Part shown: piece by piece, positions 14,005 to 27,411 of the stretch | How positions within the stretch are numbered: position 1 is the first letter of the stretch | Layout of the letters: the number at the start of each line of letters is the position of its first letter | Source: Pristiophorus japonicus | Taxonomy: Eukaryota | Direction: 5' to 3' | DNA length: 64,000 bases | Assembly (NCBI RefSeq): GCF_044704955.1 | Contig: NC_091999.1 | Coordinates: forward strand, 35,030,001 to 35,094,000 | Notes under the pieces: model-generated | Told to the model about the DNA's origin: nothing | What the model saw: the letters and a program-made list of their open reading frames with translations, nothing else | Database searches by the model: none | Made by a program: the position numbers and the translations under genes

Positions 14005-14545
14005 GGTTAGATGCAGAGTAAAGCTCCCTCTACAATGTCTCACCAGACATTCCCAGGCAGATGCAGCTTTGGTTATTGAAGGTTAAATCTCCCTCTCGCC
14101 TGTCCCAAACACTCCCAGGGTAGGTACAACATTGGTTAGATACAGAATTCAACTCCCGCTGCACTGTCCCATCAAACACTCGCACAATAGGCGCAGCAGG
14201 GGTTAGTCAGACAGTAAAGCTCCCCATAGACTGATCCATCAAACACTCCCATCGCAGTTACGGCATGGGTTAAATATAGAGTACAACTCCTGCAACACTG
14301 ACCCATCAAATACTCCCAGCGCAGGTATAGCACGGGTTACATACAATGTAAAGCTCCCTGACACTATCCATCAAACACACCCAGGGGAGAAACAACACGG
14401 GTTAGATACTGAGTAAAGCTCACCCTGCATTCTCCTGTTAAACACTCCGTGGAAAGATGCAGCACGGAGTAGATAGAGAGAAAAACTTGCTCTCCACTAT
14501 CCAATCAATAACTGCTAGGGCAGGTACAGCACGGGTTAGACAGAA
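14005..14545. repeat. ~62-bp satellite (also at 3470-3755, 5370-5439, 9911-10145, 13251-13340 and 53430-54810)
   Basis: Unit like gggttagatacagagtaaagctccctctacactgtcccatcaaacactcccagggcaggtacagca. Confidence 0.9.
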
Positions 14546-14559
14546 AGGTATAGGCTGGG

Positions 14560-15135
14560 CTTTCCAGAACTTGGGGCCTTGGCAACACAAGGCACAGCCA
14601 CCAAAGCCATCAATGGTTGAACAATTATAATCAGGGATGCTCAGGAAGACAGATATCTCATGGGTGGGCGGTGTGGTGCTGGTTGGGGCTGGAGGAGTTT
14701 ACAGAGCTCGGGAGGGGCGAGGCTATGAAGAGTTTTGAAAATGCATTAGAATGTTGAAATCAAGGCGTTGCTGAACCAGAATCCAATGTAGTTCAGCGAG
14801 CAGAGGGCTGATGTGTGAGTTGGACTTGGTGAGAGTTCGGACATGGGCAACCGAATTTTGGATCAACACTAATTTATGCAGGTGAGAATGTGGCAGGAAT
14901 GCGTTGGAATAGTTAAGTCCAGAAGAAACAAAGGCAGGGATGAGGGGTCAGCAGCGGGTGAGCTGAGGCAACGGCGATGTTACAGAGGCGGAAATATGCA
15001 TTCTTAATTATGCTGTGGATATGTGGTCAAACACATACTTCAGGGTTAAGTATGGCACCAAGTTTACAAACAGTCCGGTTCAGGCACAGACACAAGTTGG
15101 GGAGAGGGATTGAGTCAGTGGCTAGAGAGCTGCGT
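14560..15135 (-). mobile_element. L2-clade LINE fragment
   Basis: Reverse complement resembles the L2 RT 3' region (..FKTLHSLAPP..). Confidence 0.55.
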
Positions 15136-17129
15136 TTGTGGAAATGACAATTACAAATATCAGAATATTTAACAGGCTATCACGTGCAAAATGTGTGGAT
15201 GCATTTTAAAATTCAATCGGTTCCAAAACCAGGTTACAGAAAGCAACGGATTTCAAATCTTATGCAAGGCAGTTCAATAAAGGGGCGGTTCAAAGGATTT
15301 CAGCTGAGTTTAAAGTAAGACTCTGCAATTAAGTCTACTAAAACTACAACTCGTGTACTCAAACGGAACAAGTTTGGAGTTTGATATAATAGAAGGTGAA
15401 CTAGCTGAGGAGTGATGTAAGTGAGATTAAGAAAAAGCACTAAAATGGAACAGTCGGTAACAGAACATCAATTAGTCTCCTCTGATCATGGAGCAATCAA
15501 ATATTCGACACACTGTGTTTGAAACGAAGAGAATTTGTTCAACATTTATACAAGATATTAATCTCCAGCCCATATATAGGGGTTATTAAGATAATCAGAA
15601 ACAAACAAGAGCTGCCAGAATGAACATGGTTCAGTTCCCAAAGCAATCCCAGTTAATCCAGTTCTGTTTACAAATGCAGTTTTTCTCCTCAGACCATTTA
15701 AAACAAAGATGAGAAGGAATTTCTTCTCTCAGAGGGTTGTAATCTATGGCATTCTCTGCCCCAGCGAGCTGTGGAGGCTGGGTCATTGAATTTAATTAAG
15801 GCTGAGGTAGACAGGTTTAACAGAGGTGCTGAAACTTAGGAAGGCGTTAGATTGAGTCAGCGAACAGAATGGTTCTGCTCACACAATCAGAGAATGGTTA
15901 CAGCACGGAAGGCCATTCGGCTCGTCGAGCTTTTGCCGGCTCCTAGCTAGTCCCATTGCCCGCCCTTTACCCCCGGTCGGCAAATGTTTTCTTTCAGATA
16001 CTTATCCAATTGGCTTTTGAAAGCTGTGATTGAGTTTGCCTCCACCAACCAGGCCGTGCTTTCCAGATCCTAAAGACTCACTGCATAAAATAGATTTTCT
16101 TTCATTGTCTTTGGTTCTTCTGCTCATCCACTTTAAATCCGTCTCCTCTGGTTCTCGACCCCTCCACCAATGCGAACAGTATCTCTCTATCTACTCTGTC
16201 CGTACCCCTCATGATTTTGAACACCTCGATCAACTCTCCTCGCAAACTTCTCTGCTCCAACGAGAACAACCCAAGCTTCTCCAGTCAATCCACGTAACTG
16301 AAGCCCCTCATCTCGTGAATCATTCTTGTCAATCTTTTCTGCACCCTCTCTCAGGCCATCACATCCTAATCTGCGGTGCCCAGAATTGGAAACAATGCTC
16401 CAGTTGAGAGCCAACCAGTGTTTTACAAAGGTTCATCATAACATCCTTGCTTTTGTACTCTGTGATGCCCAGGATCCTGCAAGCTTTTTTAACTGCTTTC
16501 CCAACCTGTTCTGCCATCTTCAGCGATTTGTCCACATATACCCGCAGATCACCCTGTTCATACATACTCTTTAGGATTGTATCCTTTAGTTTATATTGTC
16601 TCTCCTTGTTCATTTAATCATGCTTTTCTAATTTTATTTCTCAACTCAGATTCACGGCCTCATTTTATTTCTTCCTCCGAGCCCCTCAACTTAATGTGGC
16701 AGTGTCATGTTGGCGAGTGGTGATTGATTGCCCTGGGAACCAACAGGAAGAGAGGCCAGAGTCCGGAGGGTCCAGGGAGCAACATATTCTGCAACCAATC
16801 ACGGTGCTTGAGGGGTGGATCCTGAGTCGGCCTATCGCGTGAGTATCTGTCAACAGACACTTCAGTGCCAAGTGGACCAGGTATTTAAAGATCATTTATT
16901 CCCTCTTTCCATGTCGCTGTTAGTTAATGGACAGAGATTGATTTCCTCTCATTATGCATTTGTAGTAGTAAACATAACATCCTTCCTGTTGGTAGTGCTT
17001 TAAATTCTGTGCTGGGCGAGATGGCTGGTGGCATCAACCTTTAAAATACACATTCTCGTGTTCAAATCTCTCCAGGGTCTCACCCTTCCCTATCTCTGTA
17101 ACCTTCTCCAGCACACCAATCCTCTTAAT

Positions 17130-18645
17130 AGTTTGTTTTCTTTGGAACAGAGGAGGCTGAGCTCAGACGTTAATGAGGTATATAAAATAATGAGGGGCCT
17201 AGATGGAATGGATAGGAAGGACCTATTTCCATTCGCAGAGGGGTCAGCAACCAGCTGAACCTTTTAGTCAGTATGTAGCAAGCCCAGCAAGAGAGGGGGA
17301 AGTTCTGTACTTAGTATTAGGGAGTTAAGCTGGGCAGGTGGAAGGGGTATCAGTGGGAGAGCATTGGTGCTATTGATCGTAATTCTCTTAGATTTAGCGT
17401 AGTTATGGAAAAGGACAAAGATAGACCAGGAAAATAGACTGGTAACAGCTACTTGAAATGGTGAGATATTGGGAAATGTTGCTGTTCAGAGGGACCTTGG
17501 TGTCCTTGTACACGAATAAATGAAAGTTAACATGCAGGCACAGCAAGCAATTAAGAAAAGAAATGGTATGTCGGCCTTTAGTACAAGAGTAGTTGAGGAT
17601 AATAGTAAACATAAGAACAGGAAAATAAGAAATAGGAACTGGAGTAGGCCATACGGCCCCTCGAGCCTGCTCCGCCATTCAAGAGATCATGGCTGATCTG
17701 ATCATAGACTCAGCTCCACTTACCCGCCCGCTCTCCATAACCCCTTATCCCCTTATCATTGAAAGAAATTATTTCTGTCTCAAATTTATTTAATGTCCCA
17801 GCTTCCACAGCTCTCTCAGGCAGCGAGTTCGACAGATTTACAATCCTCCGAGAGAAGAAATTGATCCTCTTCTGTTTTAAATGGGCGGCCCCTTCTTCTA
17901 AGATCATGCCCTCTTGTTCGACTCATCCCCCATCAGTGGAAACATCAGCTCTGCATCCAACTTGTCAAGGCCCCTCATAATCTTATACGTTTCGATAAGA
18001 TCACTTCTCATTCTTCTGAATTCCAATGAGTAGAGGCCCAAACTACTCAACCTTTCCTCATAAGTCAACCTGCTGATCCCTTGTATCAACCTAGTGAACC
18101 TTCTCTGAACTGCCTCCAAAGCAATTATATCCTTTCGTAAATATGGAAACCAACACTGCATGCAGTATTCCAGGTGTGGCCTCACCAAAACCTTATATAG
18201 CTGCAGCAAGACTTCCCCGCTTTTATACTCCATCTCCTTTGCAAAATAGGTCAAAATACCATTGGCACTCCTGATCACTTGCTATACCTGCATACTATCC
18301 ATTAGTGTTTCATGCACAAGTAACCCCAGGGCCTGCTCTATTGCGGCACATTGCAATATTTCTCCATTTAAATAATAACTTGCTCCTCGACATCTTACTG
18401 CAATTATATAGGGCCCTCGTCAGACTACACCTGGAGTATTGTGTACAGTTTTGATTGCTTACGTAAGGAAGGATGTACTTACCATTGAGGATGGCAACGA
18501 AGGTTCGCCAGACTGATTCCTGGGATGGAGGGATTGTCCTGTGAGGAGAGATTGAGTAGACGAGGCCTATATTCTGTACAGGTTAGAAGAATGAGAGGTG
18601 ATCTCTATTTAAAACATACACAATTCTTAAAGGGCTTGTCAGTGT
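17130..18645. mobile_element. Cluster of CR1 3' fragments in both orientations (minus-strand copy ~17610-18385 with its tail)
   Basis: LVRPHLEYCMQ..VQRRFTRLI..RRMRSDLIETYK ORF at 17904-18278; CR1 3'UTR. Confidence 0.85.
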
Positions 18646-18649
18646 AGGT

Positions 18650-19100
18650 CAGGGGTGTCAAACATACGGCCCGCGGGCCGGACATGGTCCTGCAAGCCCC
18701 TTCCTCCGGCCGCCACATGTTTTAATTTATATGACTCCTACCCACCGACCCCCCACCCCCGCCCCGATCTTTCACTTGCTGACTGAAACACAACCTGAAT
18801 TTGTCAGCCATCATAGAACAGGAGGAGGGCGGCGGAGGCACGGGGAAGGACAGTCGGTGTCCACGGGGAGCAATTCTGGGACAACGAGGGCACTCACATA
18901 GACTTTCAATGGGAGATAAGTTTTGAGTGAGGCAGTGAGTGGATAAATACCAAGAGAGAGGGTGAGGAGTGTCGCTGGAACTCCAGGTGATGTAACAGGT
19001 GATGGGTATTAGTGCAGGGTAGGTAGTGTGGGGGTTGTGTTCCTGCACATCTCCCCCCTCCTCGGCCCAGTGAGGCGCTGATTTTAAAATTCTCAGCTTC
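18650..19100 (+). mobile_element. hAT/Charlie-like DNA transposon left end
   Basis: CAGGGGTGTCAAAC terminus followed by the GGCCCGCGGGCC subterminal palindrome; no right end found, so extent is uncertain. Confidence 0.5.
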
Positions 19101-19124
19101 CTGTTCACATCCCTCGATGGCCCC

Positions 19125-19510
19125 GCCGCTCCCTATCTCTGTAACCTCCTCCAGCCCCTGCACACTCCCTATCTCTGTAACCACCTCCAGACCCTACACC
19201 CCTCCCTATCTCTGTTACCTCCTCCAGCCCCTACACCCCTCCCTATCACTGTGACCTCCTCCAGCCCTACAGCCCTCCCTATCTCTGTCACCTCCTCCAG
19301 CCCTACAGCCCTCCCTATCTCTGTAACCTCCTCCAGCCCTACACCCATCCCTATATCTCTAACCTCCTTGAGCCACTACACCTCTCCATATCTTTGTAAC
19401 CTCCTCCAGCCCTACACCCTTCCCTATCTCTGTACCCTCCTCCAGCCCGACACCCCTCCCTATCTCTCTAACCTCGTCGAGCCCCCCACCTCTCCCTTTC
19501 TCTCTAACAT
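19125..19510. repeat. ~36-bp pyrimidine-rich minisatellite seeded from an L2 fragment
   Basis: ctccctatctctgtaacctcctccagccctacacc about 10 times, directly following FKILSFLFTSLDGPAA-like L2 sequence. Confidence 0.9.
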
Positions 19511-21490
19511 TGTTAGGGTTAACTTCAACCCACCACAAGGATTCTGTTAGCCTTAAAGTAAATGCAAATTTTATTAATACAAGCCGGCAGGGAAGCTATT
19601 CTTGAAGGAACGCTCGAACTAGAGCCAGAGACATCTTACTTTATACAGTTTCAGATGATAGCATTCAGTAATTACGAAAGTTACATTTAATACATGCTGA
19701 TTGATTAATACATGATTGATTGGTACAGCGCCTCCTCCAATCTGGCTTCTATATGCCTTAATTGGCAATTCCAAATACATGTTGTGATGATTCTTTTTAT
19801 TTAACTCTTATTTTGTTATACAATTGAAATTCTATGTTATTTGTGTCCGTGCCCAGCTCCCAAGGCCTTTGGTCTATGAATTGGAACATCTGCTCCTCTG
19901 TGGAAGGCATCCCACACATGCTTCCCACAGTCTGAAAAACAGGCTGTGGTTTCCAATTTAAAAACCTGTTAATTCCATTTTAAAATATCGCAATTATTAT
20001 TATTAATTGAAATTACAATTTGTAATCTGCCCTTTTAGTCCCTCCTGTTGATCCATGATTATTTCTAAATAATCTGCTGACCATATATATGTTCTGAGCC
20101 ATCTGCTCGAAATGATGATATCAAGTCCATATCCCTGGGATCAATTGTCGTTCCATCTTTTGCGGAGTCTTTACATACTGCCCCAGACCATTTCCCTGGG
20201 ATATTGGCACGCCACTCATCTTTCTTTTTGTACAGACAGTGCATAAGCTCTGGGGTCTAGGTTGTTTCCCTAACGCGTTCCAAAGTCACTCGCCTCCCTA
20301 TCATGCCTACATTACATAATTAACAAAGCTGTTTGCTTTTCGGCTAGAACCACGTGGTTGTATATCTCTCTGATCTTACACATCAGATATAGTTGGATCA
20401 CGATACATATCCCTTCCACGACCATTACTACCTCAATTAAATGCCACATCGATTTGAGGACTGCGTAGGCTTCAGGTGACCAGACCTTAAAAATATCCCA
20501 CCATGAACAACAATCTTCCTTTCCTTGCCTTATCCTGTCCTGATTCCTATGTCTCCCGCCTCGGTTTCGTTTATCAGGCGATAGGATTGGGACACTCACG
20601 ACTCAGATCATGTGTTCATGCCGTCTTTTTGTTTGATTAACCCTCTTTGGTTTAAGCAAAGGCTTTCTGCATTCTTGGTTACGGGCCTTGGCCAAACTCT
20701 TCTTCCTGTATCTCTTGTATCTGCCTGCACAATCTCCCAGGAGCATCAACACCACTATCAGCAGCACTAGGACTAACACATGGGATATAATTCTAATCCC
20801 TATCTTGTAACTTTGCTCGGGTAAGCCTTGCCTATCTTTGCACTTGTTACATAACATCACCAACCAACTCAAGGCTATTACTATCTTTACTGACACTTGG
20901 GTAAGGGAAAGGATCCTTATCCAGGGATGTATAATCTCATGTACCAAGGCGGGTTTTTCAAGTTTTCCTTTATTTCACTGTCCAGATCTTTTGCTTTATC
21001 CTTCAGCTCTTGATATCTTTTAATGTTATTTCTTGAGCTCAGTTAAATCTTCAAATAACAGGGGAATTGCTCTTCCATGTAAACATCAATATCTTGCTCA
21101 ATCTCATCGCTTATATTTCATGTCATTGTCTTCCTGGCATGTCATGTTTGCTCTTCTCACTGCCACCGACATTCCTGGAGTAACATAAGATCCCAGGCTA
21201 GTTATCACACAATATTCTCCTCGCACTTCAGAGGTGTAATGTGTGGGTTTGGTTCGGGCAGGGTTTATTCCAATGACACATCCTTTCGTAGTATTGTCAA
21301 ACCCGCAGCTATCCTTGCTACCGTTTCCCACTGGGTGAGGGCCTATAGTTAGGCTTCCTTCTCTCCAGCACACGGATAAAGATATTCCCCTTATATTTCC
21401 ATTCTTTTTGATCTCGTACTGGTCCATCGCGGATGTACTCTTCCCCTTGTATTATGTTTGTTTCCCCTCACATCCTCCTGTAACAGCATA
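19511..21490 (-). mobile_element. Truncated endogenous retrovirus-like element: env remnant, accessory ORFs, PPT, 3' LTR
   Basis: LTR ~20026-19511 ending CA, with TATAAA (~19645) and AATAAA (~19575); purine tract AGGAGGGACTAAAAGGGCAGA; upstream Cys-rich ectodomain, heptad repeat and hydrophobic TM segments. Confidence 0.7.
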
Positions 21491-22752
21491 CACCCTTGTC
21501 ATTCCTTTCAAAAAGGGCCACATTACAGCAAAAGTCTCAAGGGACAAAGTTGTTAAAAAGACAAGCCTGAAGTCTCTGTGCCTCAATGCGAGGAGTATTC
21601 GTAATAAGGTGGACGAATTAACTGCACAGGCAGCAATTAATAAATATGATATAATTTGCACCACGTTGACATGGCTGTCCTAAGGCTCTGTCCCCTGGTT
21701 CTGGACTTCCCCAAATCGGGACAAGCTACCTGCATCTAACCTGTCCCGTCCCGTCAGAATCTTTATGTTTCTATGAAATCCCCTCTCATCCTTCTAAGCT
21801 CCAATGTATAAAAATCCAGTTGATCCAGTCTCTCCTCACATGACAGTCCAGCCATCCCGGGAATCAGTCTGGTGAACCTTCGCTGCACTCCCTCAATAGC
21901 AAGAACGTCGTTCCTCACATTAGGAGATCAAAACAGAACACAATATTCCAAGTGAGGCCTCACCAAGGCCCTGTACAACTACAGGAAGAATCTGTTGAAT
22001 CTGCATTTTACTGTAACTCTATGACATTCTGAACCGATAAAGAAATGGAATCGTGAAATGTATCTGTGTCTTTCAGTCTCTGCCTCACTCTCTATCTCTG
22101 TCTCTTTAGAGATCTGTGCATGTGTTTGCGTGTTTGAGTCTTTGTCTCCCTCACTCTGCCTCTCTCTGACTCACTCTGTCTCTCCCTGTTTTTCTGTTTG
22201 TCTCGGTCTCTCAATCTGCCTGTGTCTTTCTCACAGTGTCCAGTTCTGTTCCAATGGGATTCTCTCAGTCTCTCTGTCTGACTGTCTCTATCTTTCCCAT
22301 CATCACTGTCTGTCTATGTCTATGCCTGTCTGTCTCTCTTTGCCTGTCTCTGTTCGACCCTGTCTCTAACCTGTTGAGTATTTCCATCATTTTCTGTTTT
22401 TATCTCTCTCTCTCTCTCGATCTTATCTCTCATTATTTCTCTCTCTCTCTCTTTGTCGCTCTCTTTGTCCATAGCTTTGTCTTTGTCTCTGGCTTTCCAT
22501 TACTATTTGCCTCCCTCTCTTTATGGAGCACACACACACACATCTCTGTGTATGTGTCTGTTTGAGTCTTTGTCTCACTCAGTCTGCCTATCCCTCTTGG
22601 TCTCACACTTGCTCTCTATATCTCTAGCTCGCTGTCTGTCTCTCCCTGTTTCTGTTTTTGTGTCTGTCTCTCAATGTGTCTGTCTCTTTCTCATGGTGTC
22701 AAGTTCTTTTCACAGCTCAATTCCTGCTGACTCAAAATCCACACCCGTCAGT

Positions 22753-22797
22753 ACCTCGTTAATATAGTCGTGAGTATCCCCACCTGTCAGGCGGGAG
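22753..22797 (+). pseudogene. tRNA-Asp(GTC) pseudogene, 3' third deleted
   Basis: ACCTCGTTAATATAGTCGTGAGTATCCCCACCTGTCAGGCGGGAG; deletion apparently between two GGGAG repeats. Confidence 0.8.
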
Positions 22798-23015
22798 GAA
22801 GCATTTTCGAAATGTAGAATTGTACTTATGTTATTCGGTATAGATTCATATTAAAAGTTCAAATGCAACATAGAAGAGTAAAAATACAGCAAGAGGATAT
22901 TGGCTCTTCCAGATTTTTAGGAATCGGAGACTTTTTCAGGACTCTGTGATGTTCTGATGCAGAGAGATGAATGATTGAGTTTTGTCTGAGTAACATTTAA
23001 AAACGTGCCAACGCA

Positions 23016-23097
23016 GTAGTCGTGGCCGAGTGGTTAAGGAGATTGACTCGATATCCATTGGCGTTTACCCGCGCAGGTTCGAATCCTGCCAACTACG
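23016..23097 (+). tRNA. tRNA-Ser-like gene (anticodon CGA), probably a pseudogene
   Basis: GTAGTCGTGGCCGAGTGGTTAAGG...GGTTCGAATCCTGCCAACTACG; A/B boxes intact, several stem mismatches; downstream T-run. Confidence 0.8.
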
Positions 23098-23834
23098 AAT
23101 CTCAAAATTTTTCATTCCATTTCAAACTTTAACCAGATCCCTGCAAAACGGTTGGGTGGAATAACGTCCCACACCTTTCAACACTGAAATTTTTTTCTCA
23201 TTTTGATTAATCTGCAATATTCACGATACATACGGATAGAAAAACGCAAATATCAGCTAAATTAGCGACAGTGATTCAGCCTGTCTATCCCTCTATATGT
23301 CTAAGGCACTCTGTGTATGCCCATTGGTGCATCTATATTTTTGGTTATGTATGCGTCTCTGTCTCTGTGTCTGTCTATCTGTGTATATGTCACTGTGTAT
23401 GCGCAACTGTCTGTGGATATCATCACCATGAATTTGGTATGTCCTGGAAGTTTTAAAAAAGATTTGGGGAAAATAATACGGTTGTGACATTTGATATCGG
23501 CTTTGCTACAGCGACAGCATTTTCGACTTCAAGTCCCACTCCTGAGACTTGAGCTTATAATCTTGGTTGACACTCAAGTGCAGTACTTGCGGAATTTTGC
23601 ATTGTTGAAGCTGTTGACTTTCGGATGAAATGTTAAATTGAAGCTCCGTCTGCTCTCTCGGGTGAATGTGAAAGTTCCCACAGCATTATTCGAAAAAGAG
23701 TAATGAGTTGTCCCCGTGTCACTTTTATATGAATATTCTGAAATGCTCACTGAAAACCTGTGTGTATGCGTGTGTCTGTGAGGGTGGAGCTCAAGCCCAG
23801 ATTCTCACAGAGACAGAATGTGATGGTTCACAAG

Positions 23835-23917
23835 TGCAGAATGGCCGAGTGTATAAGTCGTTGCATTTAAGATCAAATGGGTTTATACCCACGTAGATTC
23901 GAACCCCACTTCTAGTA
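23835..23917 (+). pseudogene. tRNA-Leu(TAA) pseudogene
   Basis: GAATGGCCGAGT...TTAAGATC...TTCGAACCCCACTTCTAGTA; many stem mismatches. Confidence 0.8.
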
Positions 23918-24102
23918 ACTCTTGAATTTAACACCGATTTTCTCCCATCCTGCTCAGTGATGCCCGAATGCCTTCTGTTGAAACTGTAACTCTGTCACAC
24001 TCTCAACTGACCAAGAAATGGAATTGTGAAGTGCCTCTCACTCTCTGTCTTTAGAGCGCTCTATATATCTTTACGTGTTTGAGTCTCTGACTCACTGTGT
24101 CT

Positions 24103-27100
24103 GAGGATCAACAAGCTGAATTCAGGGAGCTTGGAGTTAAATTAAAAAGTAGGACTTCATAGGTCACAAACTCAGCATTGCTGCCAGTGCCACCTGCTAG
24201 TCGAAGCAGGAATCACAGGAGAGCTCAGATGAATGTGTGGTGCAGATGGGAGGGATTCAAGTTCCTGGGACTTTGGAGCCGGTTCTGTGGGAGGTGGGAC
24301 CAGAACGAAACCAGACGGTCTGCACCTGGGCAGGACCAGAACCAAATTTCAAGGGGGAGTGTTTGCTCGAGTTTCTGGGGAGGGTTTACAGTAATATGGC
24401 AGGGCGACGGGAGACAGAGGGAAGTAGAATGGGCGCAGAAGTGAAAGAATAAAAGTAAAGTTGGAGGGCAGAGAAACCCACGGCAAATATCAAATAGGGC
24501 CACTTTACAGCAAAATTCTAAAGGGTCCAAGTGTGTTAAAATAACAAGCCTGGAGGCTCTGTGCCTCATTGCGAGGAGTATTCGTAATAAGGTGGACGAA
24601 TTAACTGCACAAGCAGCAATTACTGAATATGAAATAATTGGCATCACGGAGACATGGCTCCAGGGTGACCAAGGCTGGTAATTCAACATTCAGGAAGCAT
24701 AGACAGAAATGAAAAGGTGATCGGGTAGTGTTGCTGGTTAAAGAGGAAATTAAGGCAATAGTAAGGAACGAAATTAGCTTGGATGATGTGGAATATGAAT
24801 AGGTGGAGCTGCGGAATACCAAAGGGAAGAAAACGCAAGAGGAGTTGTGTACAGATCATCAGAGAGTAGTAGTGAGGTTGGGGACAGCATCAAACAAGAA
24901 ATTAGGGATGCGTGCCATAAAGATACAGCAGTTATCAAGGGCGACTTTACTTTACATGTAAATTGGGCTAACCAAAAAGGTAGCAATACGGTGCAGGAGG
25001 ACTTCCTCGAGCGTATTAGGGATGGTTTTCTCACTCAATATAGCGAGGGACCATCTAGAGGGCTGGCCATCCTAGACTGGGTGATGTGTAATGAGAAAGG
25101 ACTAATTAGCAATCTTGTTGTGCGAGGCCCCTTGGGGAAGAGTGACCATAATAAGGTAGAATTCTTTATTAAGGTGGCGAGTGACACAGTTAAATCAGAG
25201 ACTAGGGTCTTGAACTTAAGGAAAGGTAACTTCGATGGTATGTGACGTGAATTTGCTAGAATAGACTGGTGAATGATATTTAAAGGGTTGAATTTGGATT
25301 GGCAATGGCAAACATTTAAAGATCACATGGATGAACTTCAACAATTATATTTCCCTGTCTGGAGTAAAAATAAAACGGTGAATGTGGCTCAACCGTGGCT
25401 AACAAAGGAAATTAAGGATAGTGTTAAATCCAGGGAAGAGGCATATAAATTGTCCAGAAAAAGCCGCAACCTGAGGACTGGAAGAAATTTACAATTCAGC
25501 TGAGGAGGACAAAGGGTTTAATTAGCAGGGGGGAAATAGATTATGAGAGGAAGCTTGCTGGGGACCTAATAAAGTTCTATAGATATGTGAAGACAAAAAG
25601 ATTAGAGAAGACAAACGTAGGTCCCTTGCAATCAGATTCAGGTGAATTTATAATGGGGAAGAAGGAAATTGTAGAGCAGTTGAACAATAACTTTGGTTGT
25701 GTCTTCACGAAGGAAGGAACGCATAACCTTCCAGAAATACTAGGGCACCGAGGATCTAGCGAGAAGGAGGAACTGAAGGAAATCCTTATTAGTCAGGTAA
25801 TTGTGTTCGGGAAATTGATGGGATTGAAGGCCGATTAATCCCCGGGGCCTGATAGTCTGCATTGGAAAGTACTTAAGGAAGTGGCCCTAGAAATAGCGGA
25901 TGCATTGGTGATCATTTTCGAACAGTCTATGGACTCTAGATCAGTTCGTATGAACTGAAGGGTAACTAATGTAAAACCACATTTTTGAAAAAGGAGGGAG
26001 ATTGAAAACGGATAATTATAGACCGGTTAGCCTGACATCAGTAGTGGGGAAAATGTAGGAATCAATTATTAAAGATGAATTTGCAGCGCATTTGGAAAGC
26101 AGTGACAGGATTGGTCAAAGCTGCATGAATTTATGAAAGGAAAATCAAGCTCGACAAATCTTCTGAAATTATTTGAGGATGTAGCTAGTATAGTGTACAA
26201 GGGGAACCATTGGATGTGGTGTATTTGGACTTTCAAAAGGCTTTCAACAAGGTCGCACACACCTATTGGTGTGCAAGGTTAAAGCACATGGTATTGGGGG
26301 TAATGTACTGACGTGGATAGAGAACTGGTTGGCAGACAGGAAGCAGAGAGTCGGAATAAACGGGTCCTTTTCAGAAAAGCAGGCAGTGACTAGTGGGGTG
26401 CCACAGGGCTCAGTGCTGGTATCCCAGCAATTTACATTATACATTAATGATTTAGATGAAGGAATTGAGTGTAATATCTTCAAGTTTGCAGATGATGCCA
26501 ACAGGGTGGCGATGTGAGCTGTGAGGAGGACGCTAAGAGGCTGCAGACTGACTTGAACCGGTTAGGTGAGTTGGCAAATGCATGGAAGATGCAGAATAAT
26601 GTGGATAAATGTGAGGTTATCCACTTTAGTGGCAAAAACACGAAGGCAGAATATTGTCTGTATGGGAACAGATTAGGAAAGGGGAGGTGCAACGAGACCT
26701 GGGCGTCATGGTACATCAGTCATTGAAAGCTGACATGCAGTTACAGCAGGCAGTGAAGAAGGCAAAAGGAATGTTCACCTTCATAGCTAGGGGATTTGAG
26801 TATCGGAGCAGGGAGGCCATACTGCAGTTGTACAGGGCCTTTGTGAGACCTCACCTGGAATATTGTGTTCAGTTTTGGTCTCGTAATCTGAGGAAGGACT
26901 TTCATGCTATTAAGTGAGTGCAGCGAAGGTTCACCAGACTGATTCCCGGGATGACAGGACTGACATATGAGGAGAGACTGGATCTACAGTGGCTTGTAGT
27001 CACTGGAGTTTAGAAGCATGAGAGGGGATCTCATAGAAACATGAACAATTCTGACGGGACTTAACAGGTTAGATGCAGCAAGAAAATTCCCGATGTTGGG

Positions 27101-27411
27101 GAAGTCCAGAATTAGGGGACACAGTCTAATGATAAGGGGCAGGTCATTTAGGACCGAGATGAGGAGAAACATCTTCACCCAGAGAGTTGTTGACCTCTAG
27201 AATTACCTACCGCAGAGAGTTGTTGATGCCAGTTCATTGGATATGTTGAAGAGGGAGTTAGATATTGCCGATATGGCCAAAGGCATCAAGAGGTATGGAG
27301 AGAAAGCAGGAAAGTGTTACTGAGGTGAATGATCAGCCATGATCTTATTGAATGGTGGTGCAGACTCGAAAGCCCGAATGGCCTACTCCTGCACCTATTT
27401 TCTATGTTTCT
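24103..27411 (+). mobile_element. CR1 LINE inserted into the tDNA repeat
   Basis: ORF1 3' end, EN and RT remnants, TTTCTATG tail; both flanks continue the CT-rich spacer. Confidence 0.93.
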
